This document shows positions 1 through 14,725 of a DNA stretch of 32,000 bases, in pieces. The translations under genes and the position numbers were made by a program. The stretch lies in contig NC_003450.3 in NCBI RefSeq assembly GCF_000011325.1, positions 1,470,001-1,502,000 of the forward strand, in the 5' to 3' direction. Every line of letters starts with the position of its first letter. Positions within the stretch are counted from its first letter, which is position 1. The DNA is from Corynebacterium glutamicum ATCC 13032. Its GTDB lineage: Bacteria; Actinomycetota; Actinomycetes; Mycobacteriales; Mycobacteriaceae. The notes below the pieces were generated by a model, which searched no databases, was not told the DNA's origin, and saw nothing but the letters and a program-made list of their open reading frames with translations.

Positions 1-43
1 AGGTAAAGAACTAGGTGAATTACTCAGCGGGCGCACCACTTAA
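1..43 (+). CDS. argR: 3' end of arginine repressor ArgR (partial, runs off the left edge)
   Basis: The frame starting at nt 2 reads GKELGELLSGRTT, then TAA at 41-43. It sits directly upstream of argG, as in the corynebacterial argCJBDFRGH cluster. Only 13 codons are visible. Confidence 0.5.
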   Translation, partial: GKELGELLSGRTT

Positions 44-73
44 AGCGCCCCTAGTTCAAGGCTTGTTAATCGC

Positions 74-101
74 TTGTTAATGCAGGCAGGTAAGGTATAA
101 C
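74..101 (+). promoter_or_regulatory. candidate argG promoter (TTGTTA, 16-nt spacer, TATAAC)
   Basis: A -35-like TTGTTA lies at 74-79 and a -10-like TATAAC (TAnnnC, imperfect) at 96-101, about 110 nt upstream of the argG ATG. The -35 lies inside a tandem GCTTGTTAAT repeat. Identified by eye only. Confidence 0.3.
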
Positions 102-210
102 CCGAGTGTTTTTTCGAGGAATACCAACCCTTTCAACACAATAATTTTCTTTAAACATCCTTGCTGTCCACCACGGCTGGCAAGGAACTTAAAATGAAGG
201 AGCACACCTC

Positions 211-1416
211 ATGACTAACCGCATCGTTCTTGCATACTCCGGCGGTCTGGACACCACTGTGGCAATTCCATACCTGAAGAAGATGATTGATGGTGAAGTC
301 ATCGCAGTTTCCCTCGACCTGGGCCAGGGTGGAGAGAACATGGACAACGTTCGCCAGCGTGCATTGGATGCCGGTGCAGCTGAGTCCATCGTTGTTGATG
401 CAAAGGATGAGTTCGCTGAGGAGTACTGCCTGCCAACCATCAAGGCAAACGGCATGTACATGAAGCAGTACCCACTGGTTTCTGCAATCTCCCGCCCACT
501 GATCGTCAAGCACCTCGTTGAGGCTGGCAAGCAGTTCAACGGTACCCACGTTGCACACGGCTGCACTGGTAAGGGCAACGACCAGGTTCGTTTCGAGGTC
601 GGCTTCATGGACACCGATCCAAACCTGGAGATCATTGCACCTGCTCGTGACTTCGCATGGACCCGCGACAAGGCTATCGCCTTCGCCGAGGAGAACAACG
701 TTCCAATCGAGCAGTCCGTGAAGTCCCCATTCTCCATCGACCAGAACGTCTGGGGCCGCGCTATTGAGACCGGTTACCTGGAAGATCTGTGGAATGCTCC
801 AACCAAGGACATCTACGCATACACCGAGGATCCAGCTCTGGGTAACGCTCCAGATGAGGTCATCATCTCCTTCGAGGGTGGCAAGCCAGTCTCCATCGAT
901 GGCCGTCCAGTCTCCGTACTGCAGGCTATTGAAGAGCTGAACCGTCGTGCAGGCGCACAGGGCGTTGGCCGCCTTGACATGGTTGAGGACCGTCTCGTGG
1001 GCATCAAGTCCCGCGAAATCTACGAAGCACCAGGCGCAATCGCACTGATTAAGGCTCACGAGGCTTTGGAAGATGTCACCATCGAGCGCGAACTGGCTCG
1101 CTACAAGCGCGGCGTTGACGCACGTTGGGCTGAGGAAGTATACGACGGCCTGTGGTTCGGACCTCTGAAGCGCTCCCTGGACGCGTTCATTGATTCCACC
1201 CAGGAGCACGTCACCGGCGATATCCGCATGGTTCTGCACGCAGGTTCCATCACCATCAATGGTCGTCGTTCCAGCCACTCCCTGTACGACTTCAACCTGG
1301 CTACCTACGACACCGGCGACACCTTCGACCAGACCCTGGCTAAGGGCTTTGTCCAGCTGCACGGTCTGTCCTCCAAGATCGCTAACAAGCGCGATCGCGA
1401 AGCTGGCAACAACTAA
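211..1416 (+). CDS. argG: argininosuccinate synthase
   Basis: 401-aa ORF with the N-terminal ATP-binding motif AYSGGLDTT and full-length resemblance to type-1 ArgG. GAAGGAG RBS at 196-202. Followed by argH. Confidence 0.97.
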   Translation: MTNRIVLAYSGGLDTTVAIPYLKKMIDGEVIAVSLDLGQGGENMDNVRQRALDAGAAESIVVDAKDEFAEEYCLPTIKANGMYMKQYPLVSAISRPLIVKHLVEAGKQFNGTHVAHGCTGKGNDQVRFEVGFMDTDPNLEIIAPARDFAWTRDKAIAFAEENNVPIEQSVKSPFSIDQNVWGRAIETGYLEDLWNAPTKDIYAYTEDPALGNAPDEVIISFEGGKPVSIDGRPVSVLQAIEELNRRAGAQGVGRLDMVEDRLVGIKSREIYEAPGAIALIKAHEALEDVTIERELARYKRGVDARWAEEVYDGLWFGPLKRSLDAFIDSTQEHVTGDIRMVLHAGSITINGRRSSHSLYDFNLATYDTGDTFDQTLAKGFVQLHGLSSKIANKRDREAGNN

Positions 1417-1458
1417 GCCACCTTTTCAAGCATCCAGACTAGAACTTCAAGTATTTAG

Positions 1459-2910
<1,452 letters not shown>

Positions 2911-2922
2911 GCATTAGTTTAT

Positions 2923-2970
2923 GGCCTGTGCTGCTTTCCGATTGCGGGAGTTGCACAGGCCATTTATTAT
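2923..2970 (+). terminator. intrinsic terminator after argH
   Basis: ATGGCCTGTGC (2921-2931) pairs with GCACAGGCCAT (2953-2963), followed by the T-rich TTATTAT. The loop is fairly large at about 21 nt. Confidence 0.55.
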
Positions 2971-2976
2971 CAATTC

Positions 2977-4122
2977 ATGAATGGTTCCCCTGATTACTCA
3001 AGAAAATCTCGAGGCAGGGGATTTTCCGTATTTTTAGGCATCATCCTGCTGGTCATCGCGGTATTAGCGGTCTTGGTGGGCCGCGGAACCATCGCCATGC
3101 CAAAGCTCTTCGGATCAAGTAACTTGACCGAGGTCAGAGCAGTAATTGGCTCGGAAAAGAAGGAATTCTTCGAAGATCCAGAAGTCGTTGAAGCCTTCGC
3201 CGACCACGGCTTTGAAGTTAACGTGGACACCGCAGGATCTCGTCGGATCGCCACTGATGTGGACTTGAGCCCGTACGATTTCGCGTTCCCATCCTCTGCA
3301 CCAGCTGCGCAGAAGATCTCCGAAGCCAACACCACGACGGGCCGATTCACCCCATTCTATTCGCCTATGGCGGTAGCAACATTCGGAACCATCACCGACA
3401 TGTTGGAAACCAAGGGGATCGTGAGCAATGTAGGCGGCACCGACACCATCGATTTGGGCGCGTTGTTGAATGAAACCCAAGCCGGAACCCGCTGGAGCGA
3501 ACTTAGCCCCAACTATCAGTCCAACCGCGTCGTGCAGATTTCTACCACCGATGTGCGCACCTCTAACTCGGCGGCCATGTACCTATCAATGATGTCCTGG
3601 GTGAAAAATGGCGGAAAAACGGTGAGCAGCACTGCGGAAGCCGATGCCATCATCCCAGAGCTTAGCCAACTGTTCGTGGGCCAGGGCTATACCGAAAGCA
3701 CCTCCGCCGGCCCGTTTGATGAATACCTCTCCCAAGGAATGGGTTCTAAACCAATGGTGATGATCTACGAAGCCCAGTTCCTCGCGGAACAAAACAAGGA
3801 AAACTCACGGATTTCCGGCGATATGGAACTAGTGTATCCAAGCCCCACCGTGTACAGCACGCATACGGTGGTTAGCTTGAGTGACGTCGGCGCGGAGATC
3901 GGCGAACTCCTAGAAACCGACGAAACCCTGCAGCAGTTGGCAGTCAAACACGGTTTTAGGCCAAAGAACTCCGCAATGATCGCCGATGCTGGCATGACCG
4001 ACCGCATGCCCAACAACCTCAATGTCATTGATCCGCCGGACTATGACTTCCTAGAACGACTCATTGATGGCGTGGGCGCATCGTACAGTGCCACCCCAGC
4101 AGAAGAGGACACAGATCTATGA
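2977..4122 (+). CDS. membrane-anchored extracytoplasmic protein with a periplasmic-binding-protein-like domain (paralogous to the N-terminal half of the next gene)
   Basis: 381-aa ORF with a single N-terminal TM helix (FSVFLGIILLVIAVLAVLV). Its sequence blocks are shared with the 4119-5696 product. The stop overlaps the next start (ATGA at 4119-4122). Confidence 0.8.
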   Translation: MNGSPDYSRKSRGRGFSVFLGIILLVIAVLAVLVGRGTIAMPKLFGSSNLTEVRAVIGSEKKEFFEDPEVVEAFADHGFEVNVDTAGSRRIATDVDLSPYDFAFPSSAPAAQKISEANTTTGRFTPFYSPMAVATFGTITDMLETKGIVSNVGGTDTIDLGALLNETQAGTRWSELSPNYQSNRVVQISTTDVRTSNSAAMYLSMMSWVKNGGKTVSSTAEADAIIPELSQLFVGQGYTESTSAGPFDEYLSQGMGSKPMVMIYEAQFLAEQNKENSRISGDMELVYPSPTVYSTHTVVSLSDVGAEIGELLETDETLQQLAVKHGFRPKNSAMIADAGMTDRMPNNLNVIDPPDYDFLERLIDGVGASYSATPAEEDTDL

Positions 4123-5696
4123 AAAATCTTGTAAAAGGTACAGCGCTGGGCTTGAGCTTGGTGCTTCTGGCAGGTTGTTCAACTGTTTCGGATTCTATCG
4201 ATAGCCTCGGCGGGGGCCTGGGTGGTTCCTCTGAGACTTTGAAGATTGTGGCCGCCACAGAGCTGGAAGATCTGCAGCCCGCGATCGAGCAAGCCTCCGA
4301 CGACTTGGGTTTTGATATTGAACTGAGCTTTCCAGGCGGCACACTCAGCAACAGCCAAGCCCTCATGGATGGCGCTTTTGACCAGGACTATGATGCCACC
4401 TGGTTTGCCACCAACCGTTACGTCGATCTGATCGGCGCTTCCAACAAGCTGGGGGAGACCACCAAAATCGCGACCTCTCCCGTGGCGTTCGGTGTGAAAA
4501 CTTCCATGGCCCAGGAGCTCGGCTGGGATCAGCGCCAGCCAACCTGGGAAGAGCTGGGCCAGGCCTCGCAGACCCAAGATTTCACCTTCGGTATGACCGA
4601 TCCGGCCACTTCCAACTCCGGATTTTCCGCGCTCGTTGCCATGGCCACGGCATATGCTGATACCGGCCAGGCCTTAACAACCAACGACATCCCCGCGATC
4701 GCCGAGCCGATGTCCACATCCCTTTCCGGCCAAACCATCACCTCCGGTTCCTCTGGCTGGCTCAAAGACACTTTCCTGGAACAGCCTGACCGCGCGAATG
4801 CGATCATCAACTACGAGTCCGTCCTGCACACCATGATCAGCGAAGACGGCGCCGATATCACCGTCGTGGTGCCCGCCGATGGCGTGGTCAGCGCCGATTA
4901 CCCGCTCTCTACGATCACGGGCTCCGACCAGGGCGAGCATGTAGCAGAGCTGGCCGGCTGGTTCGCTGAGCACCCCGACGCTTTAACAGATACTTATCGA
5001 CGTCCGACCACCGCGAACGCAACGCTCCCAGCGGAGCTTAGCTCGCAGACCATCATCGAAGCTCCCTTCCCAGGGAGCAAGACGGTCACCGACGCGCTTA
5101 TCGACGCCTACACCAATCAATTCCGCGTCCCAGGCGAAACCACCTTTGTGCTCGACGTTTCCGGATCCATGCTGGGCCAGCGCATCACCTTGCTCAAAGA
5201 CACCATGTCAGACCTGATCAGCGGCGGCGCGACCACTGACCTTGCCAACGTGTCCCTGCGCGACCGCGAAAAAGTATCGATCATTCCTTTCAGCTTCGGG
5301 CCACACGAAGTAATCAGCGAAACCCTCGGTGCGGTGGGCAGCCCAAGCCGCACCGATCTGCAGCAGCGCGTTGAAGCCTTGCAAGCAGACGGCGGAACCG
5401 GAATTTACGACGCAGTGCTCGCCGCCTACGCAGAGTCCGCTGGTGGCGACTACATCCCATCCATCGTGCTCATGACCGACGGCGAACTCACCGCAGGACG
5501 AACCTACGATCAATTCCTCACCGAATGGAACGCGCTTCCTAGCAATATCCGATCAATTCCAGTGTTTGTCATCCTTTACGGTGAAGCCAATGTTGCGGAT
5601 ATGGAACAATTGGCAGCAACAACCGGCGGTGAGACCTTTGACGCCATCAACGGTGACCTAGACGAAGCATTTAAGGAGATTCGTGCCTACCAATAA
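4119..5696 (+). CDS. lipoprotein with an N-terminal substrate-binding-like domain and a C-terminal von Willebrand factor A (vWA) domain
   Basis: 525-aa ORF with a signal peptide and lipobox (LVLLAGCS). The vWA MIDAS motif is present as DVSGSM, with a later LMTDGE. The N-terminal half is SBP-like with a TDPATSNSG block. Confidence 0.9.
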   Translation: MKNLVKGTALGLSLVLLAGCSTVSDSIDSLGGGLGGSSETLKIVAATELEDLQPAIEQASDDLGFDIELSFPGGTLSNSQALMDGAFDQDYDATWFATNRYVDLIGASNKLGETTKIATSPVAFGVKTSMAQELGWDQRQPTWEELGQASQTQDFTFGMTDPATSNSGFSALVAMATAYADTGQALTTNDIPAIAEPMSTSLSGQTITSGSSGWLKDTFLEQPDRANAIINYESVLHTMISEDGADITVVVPADGVVSADYPLSTITGSDQGEHVAELAGWFAEHPDALTDTYRRPTTANATLPAELSSQTIIEAPFPGSKTVTDALIDAYTNQFRVPGETTFVLDVSGSMLGQRITLLKDTMSDLISGGATTDLANVSLRDREKVSIIPFSFGPHEVISETLGAVGSPSRTDLQQRVEALQADGGTGIYDAVLAAYAESAGGDYIPSIVLMTDGELTAGRTYDQFLTEWNALPSNIRSIPVFVILYGEANVADMEQLAATTGGETFDAINGDLDEAFKEIRAYQ

Positions 5697-6297
5697 TGGA
5701 GGATCCTTCTTTTTCTCCCGCAAGAATCTCGCGGGTATCGCTATTGCAACGCTGATTATCGCGCTGCACTTAGTGATCGGACTCGGAGCATTTTGGCCTG
5801 TTGTCGCCATCGCCGGATACGGCGCTGCGGTGGCACTTACACCTAAAAACCCTCCGAAGAAGGAACTCCCTCCGGTTCAGGCAACTCCCGAATTAGATAG
5901 CCCGGGTCTGCTTGCAGCCAGGTCTCAAGAACTCGTGAGAACTATGTATAGCCACGGTGCTGCAGCACCAGTGATCGAAGCGATTAAGAGGCTAGACAGC
6001 TCACTGCAATTGGTCATTGGTAACTGGACAAGCCTGACCAATTTTCCCGAGCACCAAGTCACCATTCGCTCAATTATCAACCAGTACATCCCAGGCATTA
6101 TCGACGCTTACCTGAAGATCCCCACCCGCAACGATCCTCGGGCAGTCGAAGACCTCATTGAATCCTTCGACCTCCTGAACTCCGAGACGATGAAGATCTT
6201 CAATGCGATCCAAGAACAAGGCCTTAATAACCTTGAAGATCACGGTCGCGCACTGCGCATGCAATTTGGTCAACTGCCAGAAGAATTCCGGGAATAG
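5683..6297 (+). CDS. two-TM membrane protein with a helical cytoplasmic domain (architecture resembles XpaC/TelA-type stress proteins; family not verified)
   Basis: 204-aa ORF with a GTG start at 5683, preceded by AAGGAG (5673-5678). It overlaps the upstream ORF by 14 nt. Two adjacent hydrophobic helices (IAIATLIIALHLVIGLGAFWPVVAIAGYGAAVAL) are followed by a helix-rich C-terminal part. Confidence 0.75.
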   Translation: MPTNNGGSFFFSRKNLAGIAIATLIIALHLVIGLGAFWPVVAIAGYGAAVALTPKNPPKKELPPVQATPELDSPGLLAARSQELVRTMYSHGAAAPVIEAIKRLDSSLQLVIGNWTSLTNFPEHQVTIRSIINQYIPGIIDAYLKIPTRNDPRAVEDLIESFDLLNSETMKIFNAIQEQGLNNLEDHGRALRMQFGQLPEEFRE

Positions 6298-6342
6298 CCA
6301 CTCAATGCAGTTAAGTTTTTCCTGCCCGGTAGGATGGTCCGT

Positions 6343-6522
6343 ATGAGTCTTGATCCACAGCTTCTTGAAGTCCTGGCCTGCCCAAAGGACAAGGGCCCAC
6401 TTCGATATCTGGAGAGCGAACAGCTCTTGGTCAACGAACGCCTCAACCTGGCCTATCGCATTGACGACGGAATTCCGGTGCTTCTCATCGACGAAGCCAC
6501 CGAGTGGACCCCCAACAACTAG
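6343..6522 (+). CDS. Trm112/YcaR-family small protein
   Basis: MSLDPQLLEVLACPKDKGPLRY...YRIDDGIPVLLIDEA matches the Trm112-like pattern. ATG 6343 is better spaced from the AGGA at 6331-6334 than the track start at 6334, which remains an alternative. Only one Cys of the usual CPxC pair is present. Confidence 0.8.
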   Translation: MSLDPQLLEVLACPKDKGPLRYLESEQLLVNERLNLAYRIDDGIPVLLIDEATEWTPNN

Positions 6523-6549
6523 AAGTACATCAAGGACATTTTTAACACC

Positions 6550-7812
6550 ATGAACATCATTGACGAACTCTCCTGGCGCGGACTCATCAACCAGTCCACC
6601 GACCTTGAGGCCCTTCGCGAGGAAGCTTCAACCCCCATCACCTTGTACTGCGGATTCGACCCAACCGGTCCATCCCTCCACGCAGGACACCTCGTTCCAC
6701 TGCTCATGCTGCGCCGTTTCCAGCAAGCAGGACACAACCCAATCGTGCTCGCAGGTGGCGCAACCGGCATGATCGGCGACCCCCGCGATGTCGGCGAGCG
6801 CACCATGAACTCCGCAGACACCGTCTCTGATTGGGCAGAACGCATCTCCGGTCAGCTCAGCCGCTTCGTTGATTTCGACGGCGAGCACGCAGCCCGTCTG
6901 GTCAACAACGCCGAGTGGACCAACGAAATGTCCGTAGTGACCTTCCTCCGTGATGTAGGAAAGCACTTCTCCCTCAACACCATGCTCGCCCGCGACACCG
7001 TCAAGCGTCGCCTCGAGTCCGACGGCATTTCCTACACCGAGTTCTCCTACATGCTGCTACAGGCCAACGACTACGTTGAACTGAACAAGCGCTTCGGCTG
7101 CACCCTGCAGGTAGGTGGCGGTGACCAGTGGGGCAACATCGTTTCTGGCGTTGACCTCAACCGTCGCGTCAACGGCACCTCTGTCCACGCAGTGACCGTA
7201 CCTTTGGTTACCGATTCCGACGGCAAGAAGTTCGGCAAGTCCACCGGCGGCGGAAGCCTCTGGTTGGATCCGGAAATGACCAGCCCATACGCTTGGTACC
7301 AGTACTTCATCAACGCATCCGACGCTGACGTGATCCGTTACCTCCGCTGGTTCACCTTCCTCACCCAGGAAGAACTTGCTGAGTTGGAAGTTGAAGTTGC
7401 AGAGCGCCCATTCAAGCGCGAAGCACAGCGTCGTCTTGCACGCGAAATGACCAACTTGGTTCACGGAACCGAAGCAACCGAAGCAGTCGAGCTTGCTGCT
7501 CAAGCACTGTTCGGCCGCGCAGAACTCCGCGACCTAGACGAAAAAACTCTCGCTGCATCCGTTTCTGAAACTGCAGTTGCAGAAATCAAGGCAGGGGAGC
7601 CACGCACCATCATAGATCTGCTCGTGGCCAGCGGACTTGCTGATTCCAAGGGCGCAGCAAAGCGTGCAGTCAAGGAAGGCGGTGCGTACGTAAACAACGA
7701 ACGCATCGAATCGGATGATTGGGAGCCTTTCGCTGAAGATCTTCTTCACGGTTCATGGCTAGTACTGCGCCGTGGCAAGAAGAACTTCGCAGGAGTTCAG
7801 ATCCTCGGCTAA
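6550..7812 (+). CDS. tyrS: tyrosyl-tRNA synthetase
   Basis: 420-aa ORF with a class I HIGH-type motif (LHAGHLVPL), a KMSKS-type motif (KKFGKS) and a C-terminal S4-like domain. Confidence 0.97.
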   Translation: MNIIDELSWRGLINQSTDLEALREEASTPITLYCGFDPTGPSLHAGHLVPLLMLRRFQQAGHNPIVLAGGATGMIGDPRDVGERTMNSADTVSDWAERISGQLSRFVDFDGEHAARLVNNAEWTNEMSVVTFLRDVGKHFSLNTMLARDTVKRRLESDGISYTEFSYMLLQANDYVELNKRFGCTLQVGGGDQWGNIVSGVDLNRRVNGTSVHAVTVPLVTDSDGKKFGKSTGGGSLWLDPEMTSPYAWYQYFINASDADVIRYLRWFTFLTQEELAELEVEVAERPFKREAQRRLAREMTNLVHGTEATEAVELAAQALFGRAELRDLDEKTLAASVSETAVAEIKAGEPRTIIDLLVASGLADSKGAAKRAVKEGGAYVNNERIESDDWEPFAEDLLHGSWLVLRRGKKNFAGVQILG

Positions 7813-7862
7813 TAATCGCTGAAATGATTGCGGTTTTTCATTTGTCTGACTTCTGGAAAACC

Positions 7863-7907
7863 AAAAGGAGGGGTGAGCACCAAATTCTGGTGCTCACCCC
7901 TCCTTTT
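7863..7907. terminator. bidirectional intrinsic terminator between tyrS and the convergent usp gene
   Basis: A perfect 20-bp stem: AAAAGGAGGGGTGAGCACCA (7863-7882), loop AATTC, TGGTGCTCACCCCTCCTTTT (7888-7907). A/T runs flank both sides, so it gives a U-tail on either strand. Confidence 0.85.
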
Positions 7908-7925
7908 AGCAATTAATCCCTCGTA

Positions 7926-8393
7926 TTAATCCCTCGTGGTGTTCACGATGTAGAGATCGCAGTTAGCTGCTGCCGCGACATTACGGGAGATGCTTCCGAG
8001 AATGCGTTGCAAGCCCTGGGCCTTCTTGTTCCCCACAACAATTGCATCAGCATTGAGGTGCTCCGCCTGCTGAACCAAAACTTCAGCAGGCTGTCCCTCA
8101 ACAGCAATCGCCTTGACCTGGAGTGTTGGCCAAGAGTTGCGCAAAATAGCAGCCACAGATTCTGCAGCTTCCTGAGCAGCTGCAGCCTGACCATCGGCCA
8201 GACGCTGGTAAGCATCGGAAGTCTTAACTGCCATGTTTCCGCTCTTAGCGGTCTGCATCGCTACAACAGAGCTGATGCTGTACGCAGAAAATACGTAAAG
8301 TTCTGCGTCAAAGCTGGCCGCGAGCTCGGCAGCCTTCTCTGCTGCGGCAAGCGCAGTCTGGCTTGAATCAACGCCAGTAATGATTGTCTTCAT
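7926..8393 (-). CDS. universal stress protein (UspA family)
   Basis: 155-aa ORF. The N-terminal MKTIITGVDSS and C-terminal IVVGNKKAQGLQRILGSISRNVAAAANCDLYIVNT fit the Usp ATP-binding fold pattern. It probably corresponds to C. glutamicum uspA2 (from memory). Confidence 0.9.
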   Translation of the reverse strand: MKTIITGVDSSQTALAAAEKAAELAASFDAELYVFSAYSISSVVAMQTAKSGNMAVKTSDAYQRLADGQAAAAQEAAESVAAILRNSWPTLQVKAIAVEGQPAEVLVQQAEHLNADAIVVGNKKAQGLQRILGSISRNVAAAANCDLYIVNTTRD

Positions 8394-8499
8394 GGTGCGG
8401 TATCTACCTTCCAGGTTGAATAAGGATGGAAACTGAGTTTCAGCTCACATCTTACTATTGTCCGAATGTCTAGTCATAGTCTTCGGTTCAAAAATGCTC

Positions 8500-8892
8500 T
8501 CAGAAGAATACTTCTAGTTTCTCGAGCGTTTGACTGGAAGCCTCTTTTTTGGGGGTTGGCGACGCGTATATCCCAGTAATGATGGGACGGATTCCAACCT
8601 TGGTATTGATCATCCCATATCTTTTGAGCGCATATGGGCGATTGATATGATCATTTAAATGATTGCATCGGCATAACGCTGTCGACGCCTGGATGAGTAG
8701 GATTCGAAATCTTTGGGGCATGTTCAATCTAAATTTGGCCGACTTTTGCTGTCTCATGATCATGCGCGTGCAGGGGTCTGCGTTGAAATCGTGTTTAACC
8801 TGCAGGTTTGTTCTTGCGTGAGGGGCTGTGTAGATTAATTCGAGTCGCCAGGACAGCGCAGGAACTTCTACACGGAAGGGAAAGCACATCAA
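8500..8892 (-). CDS. doubtful hypothetical ORF in the AT-richer region upstream of the rrn operon
   Basis: 130-aa ORF with no motif I recognise. Its composition is odd (rich in R, C, H) and visibly AT-richer than neighbouring genes. It overlaps the expected rrn upstream region and may be spurious or a gene remnant. Confidence 0.2.
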   Translation of the reverse strand: MMCFPFRVEVPALSWRLELIYTAPHARTNLQVKHDFNADPCTRMIMRQQKSAKFRLNMPQRFRILLIQASTALCRCNHLNDHINRPYALKRYGMINTKVGIRPIITGIYASPTPKKEASSQTLEKLEVFF

Positions 8893-8916
8893 GGTGACAC
8901 GGAGATTAATTCGAAG

Positions 8917-8945
8917 TTGACTTCAAATTTTGAATGAACTACGAT
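8917..8945 (+). promoter_or_regulatory. candidate rrn promoter (TTGACT, 17-nt spacer, TACGAT)
   Basis: TTGACT at 8917-8922, an exact 17-nt spacer, and TACGAT at 8940-8945. It lies about 420 nt upstream of the mature 16S 5' end and about 60 nt upstream of the BoxA-like leader element. Confidence 0.35.
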
Positions 8946-9006
8946 GAATCTTCAGCTGCTAGGGGAGCAAGAACAAACATTGTATCTTGTTTTCAGAGTG
9001 TGCGTA

Positions 9007-9031
9007 TGTTGTTTGAGAACTCAATAGTGTG
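9007..9031 (+). promoter_or_regulatory. rrn leader BoxA-like antitermination element
   Basis: TGTTGTTTGAGAACTCAATAGTGTG is nearly identical to the conserved leader element (TTGTTTGAGAACTCAATAGTGTG) that I recall from mycobacterial rrn operons. Confidence 0.6.
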
Positions 9032-9361
9032 CCATTTATTATTTTTGTCACTACCACAACCACTTAGGTTGTGGTGGGTCATGCCGGGTGGTGGATCGCC
9101 AATATTATCCATCACTGTAAACAATAATCTTATTGTTGGCATGATTTTGTGGGTCTGCTTGTTCCCCGTCAAGGGATTCAGGCCCACGTTGAAGACACGA
9201 TGATCCTTATGTGGGTTGTGGTGTTTTTTTAGAATCATTATTTTTTGATAATGCCAGTAACACCCCATTGTCCAACTGTCACCTTTGTGTGGTTGGTGGG
9301 GGTGTTGTTGTTTTTGTCAGGTGTTGGGCTTTTCACGGCCTAAACAATCTATTTATTGTTT

Positions 9362-10891
<1,530 letters not shown>

Positions 10892-11172
10892 AGCTTTATT
10901 AACCCACATCAGACTGTGTCTGGTTGGTGGGTTGTTGGTGTTGGAACCCGTATGTGGTTGCCATCAACATATTTTTAATCGGGTGGAGATGACCCCTAGG
11001 GTGACAACAACAAGACCACATGGTCTTGAACAATGAGTGGCATGCTGTTGGGTGTCTGGAATGACATCGCAAGCATCACCTTTTTGGTGGTGTGTGTGGG
11101 TTGTTTCTAACATCGAGCATCGTCAACACGGGTAGAGAATGTTGTGTTCTTTGGTTGTGGTGGGGGTGGTGT

Positions 11173-11206
11173 GTTGTGTGAGAACTGTATAGTGGACGCG
11201 AGCATC
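11173..11206 (+). promoter_or_regulatory. spacer BoxA-like element and 5' strand of the 23S processing stem
   Basis: TGTTGTGTGAGAACTGTATAGTGGACGCGAGCATC resembles the mycobacterial ITS element GTGTTTGAGAACTGGATAGTGGTTGCGAGCATC. Positions 11184-11205 pair with 14409-14430 downstream of the 23S. Confidence 0.6.
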
Positions 11207-11275
11207 TTTATTTTTTTGTTTTTTGTTGTGTGATACCGAACGCGCTCGCACTTTGTGTGTGGGTTATAGTATTTT

Positions 11276-14365
<3,090 letters not shown>

Positions 14366-14476
14366 TTATGGTTTGGTGTAACGCAACGTAACGAAAACAG
14401 AACAGTATGTGTTCGCGTCCATTATGCAGTGTCTGACACAGCACAACCAACCTGTTGGTTGGTGTGGTGTGTGGTT

Positions 14477-14596
14477 GTGTCGGTGGTGATAGTAGCAGGG
14501 AAACGCCCGGTCCCTTTCCGAACCCGGAAGCTAAGCCTGGTTACGCTGATGGTACTGCACTCGGGAGGGTGTGGGAGAGTAGGTTACCGCCGACCA
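14477..14596 (+). rRNA. rrf: 5S ribosomal RNA
   Basis: Conserved CCGAACCCGGAAGCTAAG and GGGAGAGTAGG blocks are present. The terminal helix is GTCGGTGGT (14479-14487) paired with ACCGCCGAC (14586-14594). Confidence 0.95.
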
Positions 14597-14616
14597 AAAA
14601 CTTAAAAGTGAAATAG

Positions 14617-14676
14617 AAAGAGTGTGATTCAATGGTAGAGGTATTTCATTTCCTCCCATTGGATCACACTCTTTTT
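14617..14676 (+). terminator. rrn operon intrinsic terminator
   Basis: AAAGAGTGTGATTCAATGG (14617-14635) pairs with CCATTGGATCACACTCTTT (14656-14674). That is 19 pairs, one of them G:U, running into TTTTT at 14672-14676. Confidence 0.85.
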
Positions 14677-14725
14677 GTCGTTCTATAATAAAGTCTTTAC
14701 CCGGTTCTCAACATCAAGGAACAAC

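Noticed and set aside
29-50. GGGCGC...GCGCCC hairpin straddling the argR stop, considered as a terminator
   Set aside because: It has a 6-bp stem with a 10-nt loop and no following T-run, and it partly lies in coding sequence. That is too weak to call.
151-1362. 403-aa ORF on the minus strand spanning almost all of argG
   Set aside because: It is exactly antisense to argG, whose identity is unambiguous (AYSGGLDTT motif, full-length family resemblance, good RBS). The antisense product is a low-information Val/Gly/Ala/Leu-rich sequence with no motif. It is a typical shadow ORF of a strongly codon-biased gene.
6523-6549. Possible T-box leader upstream of tyrS
   Set aside because: Only 27 nt separate tyrS from the Trm112-like gene, which leaves no room for a T-box riboswitch. 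tyrS is most likely co-transcribed with the upstream gene.
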